From contig CAZPWA010000002.1 in assembly GCA_964590665.1 (NCBI GenBank), positions 1 through 63,235 of the forward strand: a DNA stretch of 63,235 nucleotides, read 5' to 3'. The notes beneath the pieces are model-generated. The model saw nothing but the letters and a program-made list of their open reading frames with translations. It was not told the DNA's origin and made no database searches. Made by a program: the position numbers and the translations under genes. This document shows positions 46,093 through 55,569 of this stretch, piece after piece. The stretch is from Candidatus Micrarchaeota archaeon (GTDB lineage: Archaea > Micrarchaeota > Micrarchaeia > Anstonellales > Bilamarchaeaceae). How positions within the stretch are numbered: the stretch's first letter is position 1; the number at the start of each line of letters is the position of its first letter.

Positions 46093-46922
46093 TGTATTAG
46101 TCCGATTTTACTTAGTATAAATGGGATAAGTGCAATCAACCCTATTATCAATGTAAAATAGTAGAATTTTATTCTTTTTACTAATTCAAGCATAAAATTC
46201 ATTGTCAAATATGATGAAGCTGTTGATGCAACTATCCCTGCAATTACGATTGGTATGCTTAGTTTCTCAAATCCATCTGTAAAGTTGAATAATAGGACTG
46301 CTGCGCTAATCATCGGGATGCTCATTATGAAACTGAGCCTCACTGCCCTTTGCTTGTCTATGTTTTGAAGCAAGAGTGAACTTGTAGTTATTCCGCTTCT
46401 ACTTATTCCGGGCAAAACTGCAAGCCCTTGTGCCATTCCGCTGATTATTGTTGTCTTTAAATTGAGTTTGGCATCTCCCCCTTCTTTTTTTGAAACGTAT
46501 TGTATTACTGTCATTAAAATTAACATCAATCCTATAAATGCCAAAAGCGTATTTGATGCAATGTCGCTGAAAAATCCTCTGACTCCTAAATAGAGCGGGA
46601 CTCCAACCAAAGCAGTAAAAAAGAGAGAAATTCCCATAAAATAAAATGTTTTTTTGTGCTCCTCTAATTCTTCTATTTTCCAAATTTCATTGGTTTTTGG
46701 GACTATTCCGATCATTGAAACAAGTTCTTTTCTAAAAAGATAGATTGATGCAATTATATCTCCAATATGTACTGCAATTGCAAATGATAGAAGTTCCTTA
46801 AATGAAAGTCCAAAAAGAATTGTTCCAAAAAGAATTACCTGTGTTTTGCTACTTACTGGAATGTATGCAGTTATTCCCTGAACTATTCCTAAAATTACTG
46901 CCTGAAAAATGTCCATATTCAA
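46089..46922 (-). CDS. uppP: undecaprenyl-diphosphate phosphatase
   Basis: ILGIVQGITAYIPVSSKTQ and PGISRSGITT motifs. Polytopic, 277 aa. Confidence 0.88.
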   Translation of the reverse strand: MNMDIFQAVILGIVQGITAYIPVSSKTQVILFGTILFGLSFKELLSFAIAVHIGDIIASIYLFRKELVSMIGIVPKTNEIWKIEELEEHKKTFYFMGISLFFTALVGVPLYLGVRGFFSDIASNTLLAFIGLMLILMTVIQYVSKKEGGDAKLNLKTTIISGMAQGLAVLPGISRSGITTSSLLLQNIDKQRAVRLSFIMSIPMISAAVLLFNFTDGFEKLSIPIVIAGIVASTASSYLTMNFMLELVKRIKFYYFTLIIGLIALIPFILSKIGLIH

Positions 46923-46994
46923 ATCTATTTCTTCATTTATTTATCTCTTTGCACAATCAAAAATCTTTTATATTTCCTAAGTGTTTTACTTAAA

Positions 46995-48011
46995 ATGGCA
47001 AAAACTTCTAAAATAAATCCTGCAGATGGAAAAATGTCTGTTGAAAATGGTCAAAGTGTATATCTTAATGGAGAATACAAAGTGGTTTTCACTCAACTTC
47101 CGATGAATTATGGACCGGGTTCTCTTTATATTCGTCTTCAAAATTTGAAAATTCTCAAAAACAACAAAAAAATTGTTGAGTATGTGATTTCCCAAGAATC
47201 CAAAATGAATAATATGCAAGTGTCTCTTACTTACTTTTTGGAAGTTTTGGAGCCAACTGGCGATTCTTTTACCTTGCGAACCTTCAATGCATTTCCAGAT
47301 CCTCAACTTTCTGCAGTTTCTGCTCTTGAAGAAGCAATCAAATTTGAAGAAACTTCCCTCAACGGAATGGATGCAGATGAATTTTCTAAACTTAAAACTA
47401 CTGCAATTGATGAGATGAAAAAGCTCTATCCTCAATCTCGTTTCTACAATTTCAAGGGAACATTTGGAAACTTTTTCCTCTTTGTCTTTGAGCCTCAGCA
47501 AACCTATTACAATCACTACATCGGAGTTGCATATGATTACAAAAATAAGCGCTTTTATTTCCTTACAAATATGAATAGTCTTGCTCAGTTTTTAACCAAA
47601 AACAAGCTGGAATTAGTTGGTTCAAAAAAGAAGCTTCTATCTAATGAAAACTTGCCTCTTTTGACTCTTTTATTCAAAATCACTGCTGAAAATTCCTACT
47701 CCCGTTTTATTGCAGATTCTGAGCAGATTCTTTTGACTTCTCCATACAACACCCACTCGGTAACTGCTGAATTTCCATCCAGAATTGAAAAATACAAAAA
47801 ACTTTTGATTGCGCCAAAAATCGAAGAGGGTTCATTTATTCTTCTAACGGTTGAGCGCTCATACCCATCGGCTCTTTTGAAATGGACAATTAGTGAATCT
47901 TCTGGAAAATATTCAATAAAAAAGGAAACTTTGGTCGAGGATTTATACCTTCCTGATTTTATTAGAAAAGACCCGGTTTCTCCTGAAGATGGCCAAAATT
48001 ACATTCGCTGA
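46995..48011 (+). CDS. hypothetical protein
   Basis: 338-aa ORF with ordinary globular composition. No motif recognised. The 176-aa antisense ORF is rejected. Confidence 0.55.
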   Translation: MAKTSKINPADGKMSVENGQSVYLNGEYKVVFTQLPMNYGPGSLYIRLQNLKILKNNKKIVEYVISQESKMNNMQVSLTYFLEVLEPTGDSFTLRTFNAFPDPQLSAVSALEEAIKFEETSLNGMDADEFSKLKTTAIDEMKKLYPQSRFYNFKGTFGNFFLFVFEPQQTYYNHYIGVAYDYKNKRFYFLTNMNSLAQFLTKNKLELVGSKKKLLSNENLPLLTLLFKITAENSYSRFIADSEQILLTSPYNTHSVTAEFPSRIEKYKKLLIAPKIEEGSFILLTVERSYPSALLKWTISESSGKYSIKKETLVEDLYLPDFIRKDPVSPEDGQNYIR

Positions 48012-48052
48012 TTTCGAGCAATTTATATTATCTTTCTTTATTTTTTCTATTT

Positions 48053-48370
48053 GTGATAAAAACTCGTGATATTGAGAGAAATCTCGCTAAAGAACCTGTT
48101 GAAATTCTTTTTTATGAAGCAATTGAAAAAGAAGGAAAACGGATGCTAAAGCCTCTTTCATTCAAAGGCGCTTTGACCCTTGGAATAATTCGGGCAGTTT
48201 TAGATAATACTATCACTTCTAATTTTTATGAAACTCTTTCAAAAGATTTAATCAAAAAAGGCGTTTTAAGTGGATCCACTATTCAACTGAGGGCAAAATT
48301 CAATGAAAATCATACTCTCTATGATCCAGTTTTAAAGGGAACAAAAGTAATCTGTGAAATAAAAGTTTAG
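48053..48370 (+). CDS. hypothetical protein
   Basis: 105-aa ORF with a GTG start. No motif recognised. Confidence 0.4.
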   Translation: MIKTRDIERNLAKEPVEILFYEAIEKEGKRMLKPLSFKGALTLGIIRAVLDNTITSNFYETLSKDLIKKGVLSGSTIQLRAKFNENHTLYDPVLKGTKVICEIKV

Positions 48371-48633
48371 CCCCCAACGCCTTCTACTTCCTCTTTCTTG
48401 CCCTCTATAACGACAAAAATCAATATTTCATTTGAAATATTTTCTATTTCATATTCGCTATTCTTTGCTATGAATATGCTATCATTCTTGGTTAATTTGC
48501 TCTCCTCTTTATCAGAGATTATTTTCGCTTCTCCATCCAAAATTACAATCATTTGATCCATTTTGGCTTTGCTTTTGTTTTTTTCTTTAGGTGCAAGAGC
48601 AACCGCAGTACCTTTACCTTCGCCTTTCATCAT
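48367..48633 (-). CDS. small cupin-like protein
   Basis: 88 aa. The beta-strand pattern DQMIVILDGEAKII...NDSIFIAKNSEYEIENISNEILIFVVIEG resembles a single cupin barrel. Weak call. Confidence 0.4.
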   Translation of the reverse strand: MMKGEGKGTAVALAPKEKNKSKAKMDQMIVILDGEAKIISDKEESKLTKNDSIFIAKNSEYEIENISNEILIFVVIEGKKEEVEGVGG

Positions 48634-48684
48634 ACTTTATTTCTCCTCTTATTTATTTAATCTTAATTCTTCATCTTTATTTTC

Positions 48685-49068
48685 ATGAAAAACATTTCTA
48701 GTTTAATTTCGCTTTCAAAAAAGAATCTTTCGGTTTGTCCTTGGTGCTCAGTTAAGCCTTCTTTAGAATACTTCAAATTTTTAAAAGATGAAGTTGTGGA
48801 ACTTGAAGAGGCTCTAAAAAAAGATGATTTGGACAACATTGAAGAAGAGTTGGGCGATGTATTGTGGGTTACTTTAACATTAATTCTAATTTGTGAGCGA
48901 GAAAAAAAGGTTCAAAGTGAAATGCTTGTTGATCGAATTTTAAAAAAATTCATTGGTCGAAAGCCTTGGCTTCTCACTAATGAAAAAGTTACTTCTGATG
49001 AAGCCGTAAAAATTTGGAATGAAGCTAAAAAGAAAGAAAAAGAAGCCAAACTTTCTAAGAATAAATAG
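48685..49068 (+). CDS. MazG-like nucleoside triphosphate pyrophosphohydrolase
   Basis: EVVELEEALKKDD...EEELGDVLWVTL matches the ExxE...EExxD MazG metal-binding pattern. Confidence 0.75.
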   Translation: MKNISSLISLSKKNLSVCPWCSVKPSLEYFKFLKDEVVELEEALKKDDLDNIEEELGDVLWVTLTLILICEREKKVQSEMLVDRILKKFIGRKPWLLTNEKVTSDEAVKIWNEAKKKEKEAKLSKNK

Positions 49069-50239
49069 ATGCAATTTTTCCTAATTTTTCCCCAAATTTT
49101 CTAATTTCTTCCAAACTATTATATGCATAGGCGCTAACCCTCACGCCTCCCTCTTTTGATCCAAGCGCATCGAGTGCGGGTTGGGCGCAAAAATATCCGC
49201 TTCTAACTGCCACATCTTCTTTATCTAGCATAAGCGCCAAATCGTGAGCTTTTGCTCCATTTATGTTGAATGTGTAAAGCGCGCTTCTTTTTGATTTTAA
49301 ATCTCCCAATACTCTGGCATTTGCTTTTTGCAATTCCTCAAGCAATGCAGATCTAAGTTTTTCTTCGTGTTCTTCGATTTTGGAAAAACTCTTTTGATTT
49401 ATGTAATTGCACGCTTGCGAAAAACCAATTATGCCTGCAAAATCTGAAATTCCCGCTTCAAATCTTTCGTGGTTTTGGAGCATTTCAACTTTCTCTAAAG
49501 TTACTGTTTTTACTGTTCCTCCCCCGCAAACAAGTTCTTTAACTTCTCTAAGTAAATCTTTTTTCATGCAAAGTGCCCCAACTCCTGTTGGGCCCATCAT
49601 TTTATGGGATGAAAAACAAAGAAAATCAATGCCTTCTTTTTTCATATCGCACTTTTTGTGCGGGACCCCTTGAGCTCCATCGATAAGAATTTGCGCTCCC
49701 TTTTCATGTGCAATTTTCGAAATAAGTGTGATATTCTGAAATATTCCTGTTGTGTTACTAGATGAATGTGTTGCAACTAGTTTAGTATTTGTATCAATTG
49801 CCTCTTTCCATGCTTCTTCGCTAATTAGTCCCTCTTTTGATTTTATTATTTTCAGTTCTATTTTTCCTTCATCTCTAAGTCGAAGAAGCGGCAAAATAAG
49901 GGCATGATGTTCCAGATCCGTTGTTACTACTTTTCTTTTTTTGGAATAATCAATTCCCTTGATTACTATGTTGAGGCCCTCTGTAGTGTTTTTTGTAAAT
50001 ATTGTGCCCTCTGCATCTGCATTTACAAATTTCGCAATGTTTTCTCGGCTCTCTTCTATTTTTTCGCTGGTTTTTCTTCCATATTTATGTGCGCTTCTGC
50101 CGGCACATGCCCCAAATTCCTCATAATATGAAGTTTCCGCATCAATTACTTTTTGCGGTTTAATGCTTGTGCATGCACTATCAAGGTAAATCAAATTTGG
50201 GTTTTTTACAAAGAAAGGAAACTCGTTTTTATCTATCAA
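49055..50239 (-). CDS. sufS: cysteine desulfurase (class V aminotransferase, SufS/Csd-like)
   Basis: YLDSACTS, the PLP-lysine motif SSHKMMGPTGVGAL and the active-site loop RSGYFCAQP. Confidence 0.88.
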   Translation of the reverse strand: MIDKNEFPFFVKNPNLIYLDSACTSIKPQKVIDAETSYYEEFGACAGRSAHKYGRKTSEKIEESRENIAKFVNADAEGTIFTKNTTEGLNIVIKGIDYSKKRKVVTTDLEHHALILPLLRLRDEGKIELKIIKSKEGLISEEAWKEAIDTNTKLVATHSSSNTTGIFQNITLISKIAHEKGAQILIDGAQGVPHKKCDMKKEGIDFLCFSSHKMMGPTGVGALCMKKDLLREVKELVCGGGTVKTVTLEKVEMLQNHERFEAGISDFAGIIGFSQACNYINQKSFSKIEEHEEKLRSALLEELQKANARVLGDLKSKRSALYTFNINGAKAHDLALMLDKEDVAVRSGYFCAQPALDALGSKEGGVRVSAYAYNSLEEIRKFGEKLGKIASIYS

Positions 50240-50240
50240 G

Positions 50241-51146
50241 TTAATTCGCCTCTTCTACTAGTCTTTTCATTTCTTCATATGTTTTTGGTCCAACTACTGC
50301 TTTTCCATTTATGAAGAAAGTCGGAGTTGCATAAATATGCGAATCCTTTCCTTCTTGTATATATTCGCTTAGTGCAAGGCCTGTTTCATTATTGTCAAAA
50401 CAGATATTGAACTCGCTCATGTTCAATCCGACGTTTTTGGCAACTGTTTTTATTGCAAGTTCTCCTGAAGTTGTGCAACTTTCCATTCTTCTAAATATTT
50501 CTTCTCTCATCTCCCATGATTTATTTTGTTTTTCTGCGCACAAAACTGCTCTTGCAGCATCAAAACTGTTATTATGGTTTGGAAGTGGGAACGGTTTGAA
50601 CACATAATAAATAGTTTCATTCTTTTCCTTAAGCAATCTCTCTACTGTTGGTTCTGCTTTTTTGGTATATGGACAAGTGAAACATCCAAATTCAACAATT
50701 ACGACGCTTGCATTTGGGTTTCCACTGTTAATTCCTTTTAGTGATGTTGGGGCAATCAATTGCGTTGGGCTGCTAAATCGTCCATAATCTCCAGTTAAAT
50801 CGTTGAGTATGCATGCTTGCGTTGCATTTGGTCCATCACAATTTCCATAGACATAGAAATTATACCCTCCATAAATCATATATGCAAAACTTGCAATGCT
50901 TAAAAGTACAAAAATCCACGAAAGAATTGTAAAATTCCTGTTGATTATTTTTGCAATTGCTGGTGAGAATTTGAGTACTGATGAAACAATTTCTGCTTTT
51001 AATTGCTCATCCAGCCCCGTGTCACAGGGCTTAAACGTTATTGTTCTAAAGACACATCTAACTGCCTCCTTTGCAAGAGGCCTGTATTTAGCTGAAAAAA
51101 TTGATAAAACAAGAAAAACTGCGGCTGCAATTAAACAAAGAACCAT
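50241..51146 (-). CDS. membrane-anchored DsbA-like thiol:disulfide oxidoreductase
   Basis: N-terminal TM helices followed by a thioredoxin-fold domain with CxxC (EFGCFTCPY) and a conserved TPTFFING-type motif. Confidence 0.75.
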   Translation of the reverse strand: MVLCLIAAAVFLVLSIFSAKYRPLAKEAVRCVFRTITFKPCDTGLDEQLKAEIVSSVLKFSPAIAKIINRNFTILSWIFVLLSIASFAYMIYGGYNFYVYGNCDGPNATQACILNDLTGDYGRFSSPTQLIAPTSLKGINSGNPNASVVIVEFGCFTCPYTKKAEPTVERLLKEKNETIYYVFKPFPLPNHNNSFDAARAVLCAEKQNKSWEMREEIFRRMESCTTSGELAIKTVAKNVGLNMSEFNICFDNNETGLALSEYIQEGKDSHIYATPTFFINGKAVVGPKTYEEMKRLVEEAN

Positions 51147-51206
51147 TAGAATCTCCCTATTTTAGGTATAATTCTATTGGTCTTCTCTCTTTAAATCGCT
51201 TTTCAA

Positions 51207-51569
51207 TTAGCCGCTTCTAACTACTCTTAGTCTTGGGGGTGCTTCAACTGTTGCTGGGCCAGGACCCTTAAATCTGATTTCGCTTGTTCTTGCTTCGTTC
51301 GAATCTCTAACTGGGTTTCCTTTTCCATCAAGAATTTCGTTAACTCTTTCTAATATTCTGGCTCCTCTAGGTTCTCCAAATTTATCAATTCTCTCTAATA
51401 CAAATTCGATGCAGATTTCTCCAAATCCTTTATCTACCATTAATCTGGCTGCCTTGAGAAATTCTGCTTCAATTATTGAATCTGGCAATTGGAAAATTCC
51501 ATTTAATGCACTAAATATCTCTTCTTTCTGACTTTTTCTTCTAAATACTGATGGTTCTTCTTTTGTCAT
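51207..51569 (-). CDS. hypothetical protein
   Basis: 120-aa ORF, Arg/Glu-rich. No motif recognised. Confidence 0.45.
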   Translation of the reverse strand: MTKEEPSVFRRKSQKEEIFSALNGIFQLPDSIIEAEFLKAARLMVDKGFGEICIEFVLERIDKFGEPRGARILERVNEILDGKGNPVRDSNEARTSEIRFKGPGPATVEAPPRLRVVRSG

Positions 51570-51715
51570 TTTTTTCTCCTCATTTTAGACCTGTTTAATT
51601 CTAAAGTTAGTATTTTTACTGTTAATTATAATGGCTGTTTGTGTTTATATATCTTTTTATTTTCCTTATTGCTTTAGAATGCTTGAGTTTTATTTCTTTT
51701 CCTTTCTAATACTTC

Positions 51716-52912
51716 ATGGCAAATTCAAAAAAGGCAATTCTTCTTATTATGGATGGAGTTGGAGATCTCCCAACTCCAAAAACTCCGCTTCAAGTGGCAA
51801 AAAAGCCAAACTTGGATTCCCTTGCAAAAAAAGGAAGCTTGGGTCAACTTTATCCAGTTAAACCTTTTGTCACTCCTGGAAGCGATACTGCGCACTTGAA
51901 TATTTTAGGTTATGATCCCTATTCAATTTATCAAGGAAGGGGTCCTTTGGAGGCATTAGGTTTAGGAATGACTCTTCTTCCTGGCGATGTCGCATTTAGG
52001 GCAAATTTCGCAACAATTAAGGATGGAAAAATTGTTGATCGAAGAGCAGGGCGAGTAGATACTCAAACAAGTTCAAAGCTTGCTCCTCTTCTAAATATGA
52101 AAATTGATGATGTTGAAGTGATTTTCAAAAGCGCATCTGAACACCGAGGAGCCCTTATTTTAAGAGGTCCTGCTTTATCTCCAGCAATAACTGCAACTGA
52201 TGCACACGAATCCGAAATTCTTCCTCAATGCACCCCCTTAAACAAGGATGGTGCAAAAACTGCTCGAATTGTTAACGAATTTACAAAAATTTCTATGGAA
52301 AGGCTTGCTTCTTCTCCTCTAAACTCATCAAGGTCTCTTCCGGCAAATGTTCTTCTTTTAAGAGGCGCTGCAACCTTCACTAAAGTTCCAACTTTTAAAG
52401 AAAAATACGGGATTGATGCAGCCTGCGTTGCAGGCGGTGCATTATACAAGGGCGTTGCCCGATATATCGGAATGAACGTTTTGGACGTTCCTCTTGCAAC
52501 TGGAGATAAAAATACTGATTTATCTGCAAAAGCAAAAGCTACTCTAGATGCTCTAAAAACCCATGATTTTGTTTTCCTCCACTTTAAAGCAACAGACAAT
52601 GCTGGTCATGATGGTGATTTTGCCCTTAAAAAGAAAATGATTGAGCGAGTTGATAAAGAATTAATCCCTTCTTTAGTCAAAAGTGGGGCCTATCTGGTTG
52701 TGACAGGGGACCACTCGACTCCTGTTTCAAGAAAAGCCCACTCTGGCCATCCCGTTCCGTTTTTAGTTTATGGAAAAGATGAGAGGCCTGATAAAACCAA
52801 AAAATTCGATGAGTTTGAATCTGCTCAAGGTTCTCTTGGAAAAATAGATGGACAAAATGTAATTCCTCTTATTTTGAATTTATTAGAAAAAGGTAAAAAA
52901 TACGGAAGTTAA
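51716..52912 (+). CDS. apgM: 2,3-bisphosphoglycerate-independent phosphoglycerate mutase, archaeal type
   Basis: [24 protein letters not shown] and [15 protein letters not shown], characteristic of ApgM. Confidence 0.9.
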   Translation: MANSKKAILLIMDGVGDLPTPKTPLQVAKKPNLDSLAKKGSLGQLYPVKPFVTPGSDTAHLNILGYDPYSIYQGRGPLEALGLGMTLLPGDVAFRANFATIKDGKIVDRRAGRVDTQTSSKLAPLLNMKIDDVEVIFKSASEHRGALILRGPALSPAITATDAHESEILPQCTPLNKDGAKTARIVNEFTKISMERLASSPLNSSRSLPANVLLLRGAATFTKVPTFKEKYGIDAACVAGGALYKGVARYIGMNVLDVPLATGDKNTDLSAKAKATLDALKTHDFVFLHFKATDNAGHDGDFALKKKMIERVDKELIPSLVKSGAYLVVTGDHSTPVSRKAHSGHPVPFLVYGKDERPDKTKKFDEFESAQGSLGKIDGQNVIPLILNLLEKGKKYGS

Positions 52913-52938
52913 AAAAAATTTAAAAATTTTAATTTTTT

Positions 52939-53544
52939 TTATTGTGCTTGTACTACTCCGCTCAATGTTGCAACTGCTAATTTTTCTATTCCTGCAACAT
53001 CTCCCTGAGATGTATATACTATTGCCAAACTTCCCTTAAATTCAGAGTTTGGTGCAAGTTGCATTATTGCTCCTGTATCTGCATTGTAGCAATTTACTGT
53101 AGTTACTGTACTTGTGTTAGTTCCCAATACTCTAGATCCTCCTTGTGGGATTGATATTGCTGTTGATAATCTTGGGATAACCTGTGCTTTTTGGATGTTT
53201 GCAGCTGGTGCGCTTGAGCATCGAACTCCAAGAACATTTATTTGTCCATTTTGCTGATTATCTAGTTGGAACACCAATCTTACGTTATTTGAAGAGTCTG
53301 CTAAAATTGCATGCTTTTTAACATTGCACGAAAGTCCTGGCTGGCTAAATTGACAGTTTTCTGGTGGCTTTAATGTTGGCAATACTACTGTTACCAAAAC
53401 GGCCAAAACAATTAGAATTACAACAAGTGCAACTCCATATGTCATCAAGTATTCCATCATTGCCTGTCCTTTATGGGCAGCTGGGATGCTTGCAAGTCTT
53501 TCCTTTTTTTGTTTTTTGTTTTTTTCAACTTTTTTCTTGGTCAT
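52939..53544 (-). CDS. archaeal type IV pilin-like protein (class III signal peptide)
   Basis: KGQ/AMMEYLMTYGVALVVILIVLAVLV matches the class III signal (KGQ-x-x-x-E-[FY]-L plus a hydrophobic helix). It is the last gene of the ATPase/platform operon. Confidence 0.8.
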   Translation of the reverse strand: MTKKKVEKNKKQKKERLASIPAAHKGQAMMEYLMTYGVALVVILIVLAVLVTVVLPTLKPPENCQFSQPGLSCNVKKHAILADSSNNVRLVFQLDNQQNGQINVLGVRCSSAPAANIQKAQVIPRLSTAISIPQGGSRVLGTNTSTVTTVNCYNADTGAIMQLAPNSEFKGSLAIVYTSQGDVAGIEKLAVATLSGVVQAQ

Positions 53545-53564
53545 TTTTTCACCAACTCGAATGT

Positions 53565-54650
53565 TTATACTAAAGTTGCAAATACACTGTCTAAGAATCC
53601 TCCAATTAGGGTATAGACTGCATATGCAACTATCAATATGAATGGCAGGTATTTCATTCCCTGGTTTTTAGTTCCTGATCTAATTATACTTACTATGAAT
53701 GATGATATTAGTGCAGTTACAAAAATCATTGGAACTGCAAAATAAAAGAAATCTTGGGAGCTTATTGCTGGGCCGCTGAATTTAAGTGCGCTTAATGCAC
53801 TAAACGATCCCCCTAGGGCATTTGCCCCGCTTAGGTCTCCTGCTCCAGATATCTGCGGTGCTATTTTTTCAAAAATCTGGATTATTTTTCCTCCTATTGC
53901 AAAGAGAAATGGCGCTCCAAATGCGGATGCTATCAAAACAAACATCTCATATATTGTAAGTGATGCTGCAATTTCTTTTCGCATAATCACGGTGTTTCTT
54001 ACATCTTCTGCTGTTTTTTCAAGTATGCTAGTTAGTTCTCCTCCTGTTGTGGATGCTTGTTTAAGGAGCATTATTGTTCTTCTAAATGTTCTTGAATCAA
54101 ATCTTGTTGCTAATTTATCTAATGATATTTCAAGTGTTTCTCCAGAAAAAGCTCCCTTTATAGTTTCTTTTATTTCAGTCGACAAAACTCCAAATTCAGG
54201 TTTTGCTGAATACCAAAGAGCCTGATCTAGTGTCATTCCTGATTTTATGTTGGATCCAACCAAAAGAAGAAAGTCTGGAAGGTTAGTCTCTAATTTTGTT
54301 CTTCGATTATCCGCATTCATCAAAAGATATGTTGTTGTAAGTCCTCGGATGCTTATGTAAACGACTCCTAGTGAAATCAAAAGCATTATTATTGCAGTTA
54401 CGAAAAAGGGGAGAGTTAATCCAAGTATTTGCATTGTTAGTTTATCAAAAAATTCCACTGCTGGCCTGTGCAAAACTAGGATCGTTGTTAGGAAAAATGT
54501 TCCAACTATTATGTTGATGCTTATGTAGCCCGCAAATGATTCAGCTGGAAGTTTGATTCCTGCTGCGCCTATTTTTCCTTCATAATCTTTGATCTGGTTT
54601 CTTGTGAAAAACAAGCGTCCAAATTTTTCAAATATTGTTTCGTTTGCCAT
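53565..54650 (-). CDS. type II secretion system F-domain platform protein (TadC-like)
   Basis: A single T2SS-F domain (SNIKSGMTLDQALWYSA...LLKQASTTGGELTSILEKTAEDV) flanked by TM helices. Confidence 0.8.
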   Translation of the reverse strand: MANETIFEKFGRLFFTRNQIKDYEGKIGAAGIKLPAESFAGYISINIIVGTFFLTTILVLHRPAVEFFDKLTMQILGLTLPFFVTAIIMLLISLGVVYISIRGLTTTYLLMNADNRRTKLETNLPDFLLLVGSNIKSGMTLDQALWYSAKPEFGVLSTEIKETIKGAFSGETLEISLDKLATRFDSRTFRRTIMLLKQASTTGGELTSILEKTAEDVRNTVIMRKEIAASLTIYEMFVLIASAFGAPFLFAIGGKIIQIFEKIAPQISGAGDLSGANALGGSFSALSALKFSGPAISSQDFFYFAVPMIFVTALISSFIVSIIRSGTKNQGMKYLPFILIVAYAVYTLIGGFLDSVFATLV

Positions 54651-54663
54651 TTTGTTTCCCTCT

Positions 54664-55569
54664 TTAGTTTAGATATCTTGGCCTTGAACTTTCAATCAAC
54701 CCTAAAAAGAGAACTTGAATCAAGGCAACCAAAACTCCGATTCCCATCAATGAAACTGAGTTTATCGGGCTCTTTCCTCCTACTATTGACGAAATTATTG
54801 CTGTTAGTAGTACTATTCCCAAAGTTGGAACAACTATTCCCAAAACCATATAGAGCATGACAAAAGGAGTTAGTCTTTGGCTGTATTCTTTTAGCGAAAT
54901 TAATTGCTCTTTTGAAATCTGATCCAAAATACTCTCCAGGCTGCTTCCAATATCTGCACCGCTGTTGATCGAGTTTGCAACTTGGATCATTGTGCGGTTA
55001 AAGTATGCCGATGGGTTATTCATTGTAACTTCCTTTATTGCCTGGTTTGCCGGGACTCCTAAAACTATTTTATCTACTATTTTTGAAATTTCTCTACTTG
55101 CAAGTCCATAGTCCTTTGTTGCTCCTGCAAAAGAATCAAAAAGAGGCATTCCTGATTTGAGTGCTATTGCAATGTGCCTTGCTGCAAAAACTATTTCATA
55201 GTCAATTTCCCTTTGTCTTCTTATCGTTATCAGTGTTGGGTACATCAAAAGGTAATTATATGCTCCAACTGGGATAAATAGTATCAAAAGTATTATCAGT
55301 ATCAGCGCTGAAAAATTTGATTTTGAAATTGCTTCAAAAATGAAATCTTTTGTAAATAATAACAAGACTATGATAAGTCCAAATGAGAGTATCAATGTGC
55401 TTCGCAATGTTTTTTGCACAAACTCCTGCGGACTTATCGTCAAATCTGCCATTTTGAGTTTTTCCTTTAAGTCTGCATTTTTAGATGCCAGATATTCCGA
55501 GACACTAAAGATTAGGTCTTTTCTATTTTTTGAACTTTCTCCCTGTCTTTTTATCTCTTCATTTTCCAT
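54664..55569 (-). CDS. type II secretion system F-domain platform protein (TadB-like)
   Basis: A single T2SS-F domain (ALKSGMPLFDSFAGA...VANSINSGADIGSSLESILDQI) flanked by TM helices. Confidence 0.8.
   Translation of the reverse strand: MENEEIKRQGESSKNRKDLIFSVSEYLASKNADLKEKLKMADLTISPQEFVQKTLRSTLILSFGLIIVLLLFTKDFIFEAISKSNFSALILIILLILFIPVGAYNYLLMYPTLITIRRQREIDYEIVFAARHIAIALKSGMPLFDSFAGATKDYGLASREISKIVDKIVLGVPANQAIKEVTMNNPSAYFNRTMIQVANSINSGADIGSSLESILDQISKEQLISLKEYSQRLTPFVMLYMVLGIVVPTLGIVLLTAIISSIVGGKSPINSVSLMGIGVLVALIQVLFLGLIESSRPRYLN

Noticed and set aside
46986-47516. 176-aa minus-strand ORF overlapping the start of the 46995..48011 gene
   Set aside because: Its composition is Cys/Phe/Arg/His-rich with no domain-like pattern, typical of the antisense frame of a real gene. 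The plus-strand 338-aa ORF has ordinary protein composition and covers the whole interval.
51631-51861. 76-aa plus-strand ORF overlapping the apgM start
   Set aside because: It is in a different frame from the well-supported ApgM ORF (start 51716) and hydrophobic/Phe-rich with no support. It is probably just the promoter or 5' region.
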